A stretch of 64,000 nt of DNA from Lingula anatina (GCA_051362555.1 CM120642.1:32550001-32614000); one strand, 5' to 3'; positions 1-11,756 are shown, counted from the stretch's first letter. Notes: a model not told the origin generated them from the sequence alone. Numbers and translations: made by a program.

Positions 1-1000
1 ATTTAAGGGATCACAGGGTAATACATGATGGGAAGCACGGATAAAGATGTTGAACTTCCACATATAAAATACCAGAACAGAGCTCCTAGGAAACGAATAA
101 GAGCCAAGGGAGCGAATTAGATCTGAGGGTCATCGTGGAGCCGTAACACGCGTATCCTTTTGCAAGTCTTTGAACCTTAGGAAGTTTATTAAGAGGAAAG
201 CTGTAGGTAAGGTCGCATTTTCCAATCAAACGCATTTTGCAACTGGTTGCATAGCGTGGCAATACTGGTATAGGCGCATTTTGACAACCCAACCAAAGAA
301 AAACTTGGATACGCATTTTGAAACCGCGACGCATTTTTGACCAGTCTTCTTTTCTTTTCAAGCACTGGTACTATATAGTGATGCATGAGAAATGGGGTGG
401 GGTTACCTTGACACCTTATTATGAATGCTGGTGTGGAAAAAGTAAAATAAAATAACTTTTTGTCAGGAAGGAGCATGGGCCCTCTTGAATTATAATGCTA
501 ATGAAGTTGGAGGGTGAGGTTGTCTCTTCAGTACTGCAGTAGATGATCTATTTTTTCACGTGTAATTCCCCTTATATCTTTCTACATTTAAAATTTACTT
601 ATCATAATGGTTTGGGGAGAGTTAAAGGAAATTACAGTAAAAATAGAATATCATCCAATCTCAGGGGGCAGCTAATGACATTCAAGTTTTGAAGGGCCCT
701 TGTTAAGTGTACTTCCCTGATGATTGGTTTATACTAGTACAGGTACGTGTAAATCCCCAAATTTCAAGTTCCTCACTCAACCTCACTTGATTAGGCGTAA
801 GGCGTCTATCTCCCCCTGTAACAGTAACTGATAAACACTCTACCCCTCTTCTATTTCTCTATAGAACTTTTCACTTTTACAAACCCGTTTCAGTGACCTA
901 AAAAGCAGAAAATCAAACTTCTTATGGCTGAAAATTAAACTTGTTAATGTGCATTCACATCTTCCTTTCTTTACAAAATGCGATGCGGTTGCAAAATGCA
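1..1000 (-). mobile_element. Highly degenerate non-LTR retrotransposon (CR1/L2-like) ORF2 APE-endonuclease remnant
   Basis: Scattered minus-strand motifs in APE order across shifted frames: VTETGL (880-897), RNRRG, FGDL (~751-760), IDHLL (~543-551), then LPWL (101-110). Many stops and frameshifts; boundaries uncertain. Confidence 0.35.
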
Positions 1001-1666
1001 ACTCTACATTATATTGTACAGGTATTGCAACATTTTTGTACAAAGCACATGACAAGTTCATCAAGATCATTTTAGAGTATCAGTGAGCGTCTTTGTGTGT
1101 CTTTGTGGGAAGTTTTCTTTCATTGTTTTTGTTTTTACTTGGATAGACATCGAAATGGTTTCATATGGCCCAGAGTTAACTTTACCGTTGAGCCAGTATT
1201 ACATTGTATCATTTTGTTTCAAAATAAGATACATTATAACTGATTAAATGGCACTGCATTTAGTCAGTGCAACATTGTATCCCTTTGTTTTAAAGTAAGC
1301 TACAATGTACAAATTTGACCAAGTATTGCACTGGTCCACTCTTTAAAGAGAAAAGCATCTTTTGGGGAGATCCTTTTGGAGACGCAGAACCAAAAAGTTT
1401 TGGGGAGACTTGTGAGGCCTTCACTTTGTAGTATGGATGGCAAAATATGGGAAAACCGACTGACCTACATATCTGCTCTGGTTTTTTAAAGGTTATTGCT
1501 TCTCTTTCTGTGCCTTTGGATTACGTTTTATGATAAGCAAGCTAAATCTCCAATATTTAGATGGTTTGAGTTTACTTGCCTTATTACTGCAATGCATCTT
1601 GTACGTGAATTAAGAGTTTGTGTTGTCTTTAAGGGTGTTCTTTGTTGTCGGTTAAGGGTTGTTATT

Positions 1667-1704
1667 GTCACGTGACCCCCACCAGGTGGCAGCACGCATG
1701 CGCA
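1667..1704. promoter_or_regulatory. Cluster of E-box/CLEAR, CTCF and NRF1 motifs
   Basis: GTCACGTGAC (1667-1676), CCACCAGGTGGCAG (1679-1692, fits the CTCF core consensus) and ACGCATGCGCA (1694-1704) lie adjacent, about 300 bp upstream of U6. Confidence 0.5.
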
Positions 1705-1930
1705 AGGTCAATACTCCGTACTATTTTTAGACTTAAGCAAGAAAATGGCCATGGGAAATATGAAATAGAAATAGAAATTAAATAAATAAAAAAATAAAAT
1801 AATCATTTATTTCAACAAATTCATTTTAAAAATTAAATAATGTTGAAGAAATAGACCTGCTTGTGAAGTTGTACAGCATTTAAGCTGGATTGGTGAAATA
1901 ATTGATCAAAACGTGGGTCTGTGAACACTA

Positions 1931-1970
1931 CTCACCTATATTGCCTTTGTTAATTTGCATACTATATAAA
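1931..1970 (+). promoter_or_regulatory. U6 type-3 Pol III promoter: PSE, octamer and TATA box
   Basis: CTCACCTATA at about -63 (PSE-like TCACC core), ATTTGCAT at 1953-1960, TATATAAA at 1963-1970 (-31 to -24 relative to G1994). Confidence 0.8.
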
Positions 1971-1993
1971 GGTGAGGGGGAGGGTAGTTAAAT

Positions 1994-2010
1994 GTCCTCA
2001 CTTCGGTGGG

Positions 2011-2050
<40 letters not shown>

Positions 2051-2100
2051 GGCCCCTGCGCAAGGATGACACGCAAATTCGTGAAGCGTTCCATATTTTT
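1994..2100 (+). ncRNA. RNU6: U6 spliceosomal snRNA
   Basis: From nt 20 on it matches the canonical metazoan U6 sequence (ACAGAGA box, AGC triad, GGCCCCTGCGCAAGGATGACAC ISL, ...GTTCCATATTTT). 5' UUCG stem-loop present; correct upstream promoter spacing and T-run terminator. Confidence 0.98.
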
Positions 2101-2102
2101 TT
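2096..2102 (+). terminator. Pol III oligo-T terminator of U6
   Basis: T7 run at the end of the U6 sequence. Confidence 0.85.
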
Positions 2103-3580
2103 CCCACTGAGAAAATGCGTTGTGTCAAAAATCCCAAAATTAGCACTTGTAAGGCCGAAAAACTACATTTAAGTAATAGTTTCTTTTAGAAAAGGAAAGA
2201 TTTGTTTGTTTTATGGATTTCACAAAAGCGTTTGATTGATTATTATGCTTTATTGATTGTACAAAAGCGTTTGATCGTCTATCGTCTATTTTTCTTAGAA
2301 AAATGCATTTCATCAGAACCTCATATCTTTGTACGTTTTAGAAGGGAAAGGTGCACTTAAATCACATACTCTTGGGGGGATGGAGCTGTTTATTTGTCAT
2401 TTATGGAATTCAGAAAGTTATATTATTAATTTTTTAAAAAAATATTGATTGTTAAATGCGTTTGATAACGTTTTTTTAAATATTTTGTTTTGGTTTTTAA
2501 CACAAAACTGAAGGACAAAGAAAAATCTTAACCACATTATGTTAGAGAAGGCACTAGTCTCTCTTAGCCAAGTGAAAATGAAAAAAATATTGAAGCAGGG
2601 CTTATTTGAGATATTGAGCCTTAAAAGTGAATGCGCACCTTTGATTTTCGTGAAAAGAAAGTAGTTAAGTTTACCATTATAGAGTATAAAGATCATCAAA
2701 GATGGGTTCAAAAAGGAACAGACTTTTAACACGATCAAGCTTAATTTGCTATTTGATATGAAATTTCATATATATCGGAAGAATATTGTATAATTATTAT
2801 TATTAGATATACTATTGATATTTTTGTTGTAGTTTTTAAAACATTCATGTAACCGCTGAGGGGTGAAAGCCTCTTGTACTTCCACCTACATGTATTTTGC
2901 TGTGTCACGCATTCACAAAGAGAGAGTACAGAAGCAAATTGAACTGGTGTAAAAGGAAGAAACATGGGTGAAGAGAAAAAAATAAGAAATTCAGGAGAAC
3001 GTGCTGGAGAACCAAGACGAAGTGATCGGTGAAACACGTCAAAATAATACGACTGAAGCGGATACTGCCAAGAATCAAGCACCGTCTTTCCAGCGGGACA
3101 ATAAAATAAGTGAACACATTATTTAGGTCTGTACTTAAATTTGCGTACATGTACTACATGTAGCTACATGTATTTGCACCGGGAAGTACCTCGTTGTGCA
3201 GTTATTAACTTAAATTACAGGAAAGGTATAGAATAAATGCGACTTCAGGAAGAAACCACAGGCCGGGAAAGAAGTGGATGGCTGAATGTAATCTAAGCTA
3301 AAATGAAGTATGCAGACCCATCATAAAAAGAAGATGGCACACTTGGAGACATCTCATAGACATTTTACAGAAACACAAAGGTCATGAAATGTACACAAAA
3401 AACTTGTCGCATTTAGGCTAAGGAACACTCCCTTGCACTCAGTCAGCTACTAGTAGTAAAAGTAATTTTCAGAAATGCACAGTGGAATCTGCAGTGGAAT
3501 TTTGTACTGTAAATGTAAACGGAATTGTAAAGAAAACTCCAGCCTGAAACGACAAGTGTACGGACCACTCTCAACTCGAT

Positions 3581-3925
3581 ACTCTCAAGAAAACGACACG
3601 GAAAACACAGCCCAAAGTCAATTATTCTCGAGGTGAAAGGAGAAATTTAGCTCTACTCGGAAATTACGGAGAAAATGGAATAATTAAGGAAATTGCATAC
3701 AGTGGACGTGCAACGCTAAAGTTTTTTAGTCTCTCAACTTCAATTAAAGACAAATCCACAAAGATACAGGTCTTTGTACTGTACAAACAAAACTGTATCC
3801 AAGGGGAGGATAACAGACATGGAGAAGGCTAGCTAAACCATCTCAGACTCAATCAAAGGAAAATAATACAGGTGACAGTGCCAACCAAAGCAACGACCCT
3901 CATAATGAGCAAAAGCATGCAGGCC
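3581..3925 (+). repeat. Dispersed repeat, copy 1 (probable decayed TE; second copy at 20572-20868)
   Basis: ACTCTCAAG..GAAAACACAGCCCAAAGTCAATTAT..GTGAAAGGAG..GACCCTCATAATGAGCAAAAGCAT is colinear with 20572-20868. Confidence 0.6.
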
Positions 3926-4271
3926 TTGGCAAAAAGAGTGGAGCTCCATATTAATGACGCTGCCAGCGAGAAAAAGATAAGAGACCTGGAAGAGACAATA
4001 AGAAACTACACCTCCAGCTTAACAAAAGGCCGGCAGATACACGAGATAACAGCAGCGAGACAACCTATAGGACACCAGGTAACTTTACCAATTTTAGCCT
4101 AGAGCTGTCGTTGTTCAGGTAGGACCACCCCGAGGGAATTGTCTCCCTCCTCACCAGGTGCACACATGCGTGAGTCCCTATTAGCCTTTTTCATCTTTTC
4201 CGGAAATTGAAATTGCATTGTGGGTAGGGGAGCCCTGCTACGTCGAAACACTTACAGCGGTGCTTAAAACC

Positions 4272-4788
4272 ATATCTGGGTTTACGCGCTTTTAGTCCCG
4301 CTACTACAATAACAGTAAGCGAGATCGACACATGAGGTTTAATAAGTTCCCAACAAACCCGTTAGAATGAAAAATATGGTAGAAAGAAAGGAAAATATAG
4401 CAGGTTTGGATCAAAAGCAGGGCACCGCGTTTGCGCTGAACATTTCGAAGGCGGGAAGAAAAACTATAATATTAGGAGATCAACGGTGCTTTAATAAAAA
4501 ACAGAAATGCTTAGTTAAACAACGGATATAACGAACTATCGGCAAATAGAACTCGGGGTAAAAAATGCAAGAAAAAAACATTATAAAGATTTGAAGAAAA
4601 AATTGAAGAATAGGCCGGGGCCTAAAAATTTTAAAATCTTAAAAGAAAAGACTTCAAGCATGAGATTATGGAAAAAGAAAGTAAAAGCTGTGAAGTTCTA
4701 CACGGGGATTCTACTTACAAAAAATTCAAGAACTTTCACGACTTTTTGTGTAACAACAAAGAGAAGGTTTGAAAAGTTTTGTATGTAA
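4272..4788 (+). pseudogene. Decayed THAP-domain transposase 5' fragment (ISL2EU/Harbinger-type architecture)
   Basis: With stops and a frameshift it reads (I)SGFT..YYNNSKRDRHMRFNKFPTNPLE*KIW / GKYSRFGSKAGHRVCAEHFEGGKKNYNIRRSTVL (THAP motifs FP, W, RVCxxHF). A basic linker and VKFYTG (FYTG at 4696-4707) follow, a motif typical upstream of the HTH/DDE in THAP-DDE_Tnp_4 transposases. Confidence 0.7.
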
Positions 4789-6390
4789 TATCCTTTTTGT
4801 GTGTGTTTTATTGATAAGTGATCATTTTAAATGTTGTAGGCCCATCACAGGTTTTAGTCTCTAATAACCCTTAGCAGGGTGGGTTCTATTTTTTTTAACG
4901 TGAGACGTTAATAAAATTTTTATTATTATGTATTCAGTCCCGTATACGTATTACTGATTTGTACAAACGGGGCTCATATTATCAAGATCAACAGAGACAT
5001 ACGAAGAAGAAAGTACATCGGCTCTTGTTGAACGCGTTATCGGCGAAATAAAAAGTTATTTATTTCTGAACTCAATGACAAGAGAATTGGAAAATACAAA
5101 AAATGCAGAAAAGCCTTTCTGTAAGCTACACGTACATAATACATGTATGGTAAAGACAAAATGGATAATAAACATAATCCAACAACGTATTTGTAAAATA
5201 ATACAAATATGCTAAGCATTAAAGTAGGCCTACGTATATTTAACTGTCTTAGATAGTTGAAAAGTATGAAATGTGTGGGAAACACTTTTTTGAATGATTT
5301 AATTGTCTGTGATTGAAAACGATGAAAATACGCCTGAAAACATTTAAAAATCAAATAATTTGGCCTCTTGCTATAATTTTGTTTTTGTTTCAGTTTGACA
5401 AAATTTTCATACTTGTCAGACCGAAAGGCTGACATTTTTTACCTGTCGTAAATTTTGTACATATACTAGAGTAAGACACGGTAAACTTTAATTATCGTCT
5501 GGGAAAGAGTCGCCTCACCTATTTAACACTTAAAAGGTTTTAATTACAGAGGAAAGGTCGTAGTTGTGGCCGCCCGCCTTACCGAACAATTGAACAAGTA
5601 ACACCTGATGCCTTATCAGGTACCAAACGATTTAATCAGTTCACCGACGAACGATCTGCGTGTCAGTTTTACCTGTATACACAGTAGCTACGAGTCAAAC
5701 AATGCAGGAAATCTTTTCATTTTATCACTTTAAAAATCTCTTAAGATATCCTTCAAACAAGACATAAAAATCGTAATGAATTGACACTGCCGGTACATGA
5801 GGTGATATCGCCACAGCTTGCATATATACATGTACATAATTGTGAAGACGTAGGCCTGCGCACCTGTCCACACTCTTGAAAGCTGTGTACGAGTCTACTG
5901 GCTATTTTGATTTTATATATTAAAAAAATAACGAGTCTCTTTCGCATATCTTTATTATCGGAAGCATTTAAAAGAACTCCGAAGCTTTAGTTCGTCATCA
6001 CTATTGAAAGTACAGCCAAGGCTCGGACGCTTAGGTGAAGTCTAGTTGTAAAGCGCATCGTATTTAAACTGAGAAAGAAAATATTTTATTGCTTGATTCT
6101 CCGTCCAAATAGCTGTTTCTTGCCTACAGTTTACGCATTTCTGTGCTTCAGCCACCTTTTTAGCTTGACAGAAAGCAATGCACGCTTCATACGACCTTTT
6201 TATATGCGCACCTTGTGCATCATCTACACCTAGCATTGCCATGCTGGAAACAGCAGAGGACCACTATGACCCCTGTGGCGAGCGGTAGAGAATGGTAGAC
6301 AGAATTAAGGATAATGATCTATATATAATATTTAAATTTTGAGAAATATGTTTGGATAATATCAGGGCGATGGGTGCGTATTTATTTCAG

Positions 6391-6575
6391 GAGGTGGCTG
6401 GTGGTTTGGCAAGTGCTCCAGATTTCACCTAACTGGATATTGTCCTGATTGCAAAAATGCCGTTGACATATCTAATATGGCAGGGAAAATGAAATGCGTG
6501 GCCATCACAGGTATTAACTGTGACTTAGGGTGTGGGCTGCAAGCAGCTACGATGAAGTTACGGCGAAATAATTAG
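6391..6575 (+). CDS. Orphan terminal exon (exon 5) of a fourth PAN-FReD paralog
   Basis: tttatttcag acceptor, then 185 nt open to TAG: GGWWFGKCSRFHLTGYCPDC...CVAITGINCDLGCGLQAATMKLRRNN*. Same length as exon 5 of the other copies; exons 1-4 not found in 1-6390. Confidence 0.8.
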
Positions 6576-9549
6576 ATGTGTGACTAACTAGAATCCATGA
6601 TCAAGTGCGCGCCATGTTTGATACTCGGTAAGTTAGGGACACAAAGATACATTTAATTGAATAACTCAGCATGTGGACTGAGTGCAGTGTTAAACTTAAC
6701 AGCATTTTTGGTCACCACAATTATCATAATATATTATACGCTTACTTCATAGACATGGAGAGTACAAACGAAACTATCCAGTCTGCGCAGCAAGCATATT
6801 ATCATGTGGAATCCGTAGGTACGCCTGCATATATCCCTTAGCGTGCTGAGGCAGGCGGCGGCTGTGAGAAATTGTACAAATTAACGGCCTAGTAGCCTCT
6901 ACATTTTTGTCATGCTTTTACTGTTGACAGTGTTTGCAAACCCTAAGACCGCAGGATGTAGCAAAATCGTATAATATTACTTTGCACAGCATAGTTCTTG
7001 TACGAACATTGTTCAGTAGATTGTTGTCATGAATATTAGTTGAACATGTTGTTTACCCCCTTTCCCGTTCACATTTGGTGATTTTATGAGGCATAACAAT
7101 TATAAAGATATAAGTGTAACGAACTTGCTTGGATTTTTAAAAGTGCGTTTTTTTATTTTGACCACGTTGGTGCTGAAAAACAGAGGGCTGTACCGACAAC
7201 GAATTGCTATTCAAACAGCAGCAAGGAGAATGTACAAAAACTTTGCTGACACTGAAAACTTTTATCTATCGTTTTTTTATGTTTTGTTATGTTCTTTTGT
7301 TTTCCCCAGCGCTTTTATTACCTGCATTTTATCCTGTTTATTTTACAGCAGTTGCAGTCGCTCTAAGCAATTAACGTCGGCTATGTTTGATCTGTTAAAC
7401 GTAAATGGGATGTTGGCTTATAAAGTCTGTTCATTTAATTTAAATTTATTTATCTTATTTATTGTTATCCCGTGGTAAAAATGAACAACTTATCTAGGAC
7501 CGCTTTATGTGATTGATTGCATCATGTTTTAATACATTTGTTACCCGACATTATTGAATGATGGCCCCAGTCCTATTGGCTTACAATGTCTCACAGTCTT
7601 ATCTTAAAGGGTTGTTATTATACTATAGTTAAATTATAGCAATTTTTTTTCTAGAAACAAACCAGTGCCTCTGTGAATGTCTGTGAAGTATGTCCTCTAG
7701 TACTGCCAGTCCCTCCCCCCAAAAGTATAATATCAATAAAAATAACCCGTCTTTATCAAGCCAGCCCTTTTAGCGTTAATCTTAACAGCAGTTTTGTTCG
7801 CTACAATGATCATTATGCATTTTACACTACATGTAATATCATACAAATGGAAAGTGCCAACGAACTATCCAACATGCGATGGACACATTTAGAAACATTC
7901 TCGTCAAAGTAAGGTAGTTTTGCAATCCATTAATAGTCGAATAAATACTAAACCTAATGGCAGAGTCAGAAAATAAAAGCACCGATATATATCAACAATC
8001 AATGTAAATTTCAGTACAGTAATTTTAAAGTTTAAAATTTAAACGTTTATATGTTAACTTTCCATGTTACACTAGTAATAAACTAACCCATTCATGTTTT
8101 AGTTTTTATTTAGGTGTTTTGAATGTCTCTGACACACTTATTAATATTTGACTGTTTGTATTGATTTTAAGGAAGGTTCAACTCTATGCTTAAGGTCATT
8201 ACTTATTTTTGTGGACAACATTCTTGTGTGTATCAAACCGTGTTTCCTTCAATATTTTATTTCAGTTTTGTTTACTAACAACTTAAACAACGCCTTACAC
8301 GTTCAGGATAGAATATCTTCTGCACTCTGCCCAGAGACTGCTCTACTAATTCGGATAATAAATTATAAAGGTCAAAGTGCCAACAAGTAAGGCATGTGAT
8401 TGTAAGGCATGGTTATTTCACCATATCAGTTGGTCGTTTCGGGCATTATAGTAAATAAATCTACTTACTTGCTTTTTAAGAGATTTTGTCTACTTGCATT
8501 TTCTATGTTAGGTCATTAGAGTATAGACTCAAAGCAACTTAAGTGTTGAGACATAAGTTAATCAGCTAATTCCAGCTGAAGAGTAAGGATATTGTGATTG
8601 ATTTTTTGGGGAATACAGAGTTAAATGAAATTAGATAATTTGTATGCATCCTTATTTGCACTGAAATGAATTTCATTTGTTTTGATCCTCTGGAAAAATA
8701 AGACAACTCGGCAGAGACCATTTAAGATGATTGATTATATCATGTTTTAATATATTTTTATCCAATATTCCTTATGAATTCTCCAGTCCCATTGGTTTAC
8801 AGTGTTGCACGGTCCCTTGGTACTTACAGGGTTATAGATACACTCCTGTTATACAGCAAATTTTTTTCGAAGGAGAATCTTATAGTTCTGTGAAAATCTG
8901 AGTCCTTCACTTCCACTAAGCAATGTGTGTCATGAGCTTCATTGTTACACACTTCACCAGCCAATGTGCTAGATGAGCTCCCTTTTCACCGGACGGTGGG
9001 TCATATGTTGTGATCATGAAATGTGTATTAAAATGCATTTGGGATCACATCTGAATACTATTATCTCTCTGCATATTTTAAAATACACCCCGTTTGGTAT
9101 CTGGATTCATAAAACCGACTTTGACCGTGATCCTTTGCTGCCTTTTTACCCTACATTCCTTGGTTTACACCATCCCCACAAAGTGTTGACGACCCCAACT
9201 ACTATGTACACTTCAAAAGAAGGGAAAGATATACTTTGGAGAGTTCTGTTATGTCGTGATTTGGGTGAAAAAGCCAAACCCTAATACAAAAATCTAAGCC
9301 ATTAAGTGCACCTGCATCGTCAAATATTCATAATGTTGAGATGATTGTTTATGCCTTCAAATTTGTCACATATCCAATATTAATGTATTTACATCAAGGC
9401 GATCAATAACACTACATTTAAAAGAAATGGGCATTGATTATATAGAGAAAGTTTTCAAAACGCACAGCTTCGATATCGTTGTTGGTTGGCATCTTTATAA
9501 ATCTTCACGACAGCAATCCAGTGGCGTAGATTTCATCCTGGGGCAAAAG

Positions 9550-11756
9550 ATGCTTTTTAAAATATTTTTATTTACATTTCTTGAATTGTTCACAACACAA
9601 CAGAATGTCAAATATGCCTGTTTCGATGGTACCAAAGACGCCATTTTACCGTCATCTACAATGAAGAAGGTGACAGCCGAGAGCACCATAAGCTGTGCAT
9701 TGCAATGTTCTCAAACAAAGGAATGCCGTTCATGGAACTACTATAAAACTAGGAACATAGGTAAGGGTCATATACAATATTGTGTTAATGCTGATGTTTT
9801 GTAAAAATCGAGTAATATTGTTCTTACAGTGACAGGAAACAAAGGAAATTGATTATTGAAGGAGACAGTTTATAAATATATTTCCAGGATAAGTTGTATG
9901 ATAATCGTGCATTTTATGAACATTACCAATTTAATAAGGTAAATAGTAACGGTTTTCCCAATTAGACACGATTGCTCCAATTTAATGTCATTGTAGATAT
10001 GTCAAAATTCACTGTTGTTATTTTTACAGAAAATTGTGAACTGAATTTCCGCAAAGTTCTCAACAGTGACATACTAGTACGTCATGATGGCGGGATCTAT
10101 TATCAGGACGCCAAGGTAAGTAGAGTGTATTCTTTCCCAAAATAAGGAATTATTTTAAAACAATATAGAGAAAGCATAAATCGATAAGGTAGTCAGAAGT
10201 CTAAAAGCAATTGAATGTTTGTTTTTTGATTGAATATGTATCACCTCTTTACATTCTTGAAATCTTCTTACCATATTTCAGGATGAAATGGATTGCAATG
10301 ATCTAGGTAAGTTTGTAGCATTTTATTTTTTGTATGTATCTATGTAACAAAATTCAGTCACTTTGTTGTCTTGGTCTGTATCCAAACATATTCATATCTT
10401 CAGGGTTGAAATGGCTGTTGCTTTGTTTTGGCAAGAAATATTGAATGGTGTTGCATAATAAAGAACTCGCAACAGTACTGATTTTACTGTGGTAAATGAC
10501 TTAATTAATAGGGGTTCTTGACAGAGAAGACTCTGTGTATAATATGACACTTATCTACCCCAATCGTTTCAAATTATCCCCTCTAAATGTTGCACACCGT
10601 GTTCATCATCATCTACAAAGTTTTTAAACAATCGCTAATGAAATGCGCTCGACCGCCTACACACTTACACACACACACACACACACACGCACATGGGCCA
10701 CAGCAATGAATTTTCCTACTTATTTTTATAGAAGGTACAGGAATGTTGCCTATCAAAATAGCGGGATTTGGAACAAAAGAAGTTTATTGTGACAACGGAT
10801 GGCTTGTTTTGATGAGAAGATATGACAACACAATGAACTTTAACAGAAGCTGGAATGAATATAAGATTGGTTTTGGGGATCCCCGCTTACAGTTCTGGAT
10901 GGGCAACGAGGCCCTTCATGCGTTAACCAATCAAGGAGATTACTCCATGCTGGTTGATATGTTGTCCTGCAACGACAATTATTACTACGTCAAATGGAAC
11001 GTGTTTAGAATTAAGAACGAAGCAATGAAGTATGCTGTAGACGCCCTTACTCTCGAGTCCTACAACACAACGAGCACGACTGGACTGCTAGAAATCCGCG
11101 GACGTCCTTTTGGAACTACTGACGACACTTCTGCATACAGTGGTTACCTTAATGAAACGTGTGCTGAGCGTCACGGTAGGCAATACTTATCTTATCAAAA
11201 ATAGATAAGAATGAAAATTCAGTAATTGAGATTTATGACCTTAAAGGGCGTATATAATTAGTAAAAATCATCAAAATTTTAATTATGCCCAATTTGTGTG
11301 CGCTTCTTCCTACATTTTGACATACAGATATTTTCATCACATCTGGGAGATGAATCAACAAAGTTGCAACATGATTGTCATCAGAATTCATGACCCTCTG
11401 ATTGATTATATCTCCACTGTTTTCCTCGGTCAAAAATGCGCCATTAGATTATTTGTCAATATTCTGCTTACTCTTGACATCATCAGTCTACATGTATTGT
11501 ATTCAGACGTCACACAGCTAGATAATGATCTGTTATGTAATTTGTGATGGAGCACTATATATTTATTTCAGGTGGTGGTTGGTGGTTTAGTTGGTGCACT
11601 AACTTTCACCTAACTGGAAATTATCTTGATTGCACTAATACTGGTAACATACCTAACATGCAAAAGAAAATGAAATGCGTGGCCAACACAGGCATTAACT
11701 GTGACTTAGGGTGCGTGCTGCAAGCAGCAACGATGAAGTTACGGCGAAAAAATTAG
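9550..11756 (+). CDS. Secreted PAN/apple + fibrinogen-related domain (FReD) protein, copy A (~316 aa)
   Basis: Exons 9550-9760, 10030-10115, 10282-10306, 10732-11175, 11572-11756, all GT-AG and phase-consistent (951 nt). Hydrophobic N-terminus; PAN Cys pattern CALQCSQTKECRSWNY..NCELN; FReD motifs VYCD.GWLV.MRR, NF.R.W.EYK.GFG, FWMGNE, CA..HGGGWWF..C, MKLRR. Confidence 0.9.

Noticed and set aside
1972-2172. 66-aa ORF
   Set aside because: It is a chance translation across the U6 snRNA gene.
2900-4102. Purine-rich coding-like stretch including the 76-aa ORF 3872-4102
   Set aside because: Frames are broken and no domain is recognised; only its repeat nature (shared with 20572-20868) is supportable.
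9427-9549. Upstream in-frame ATG extensions of PAN-FReD exon 1 (also 15723-15863)
   Set aside because: They run through the TATA-like element, are not shared among copies and would bury the signal peptide.
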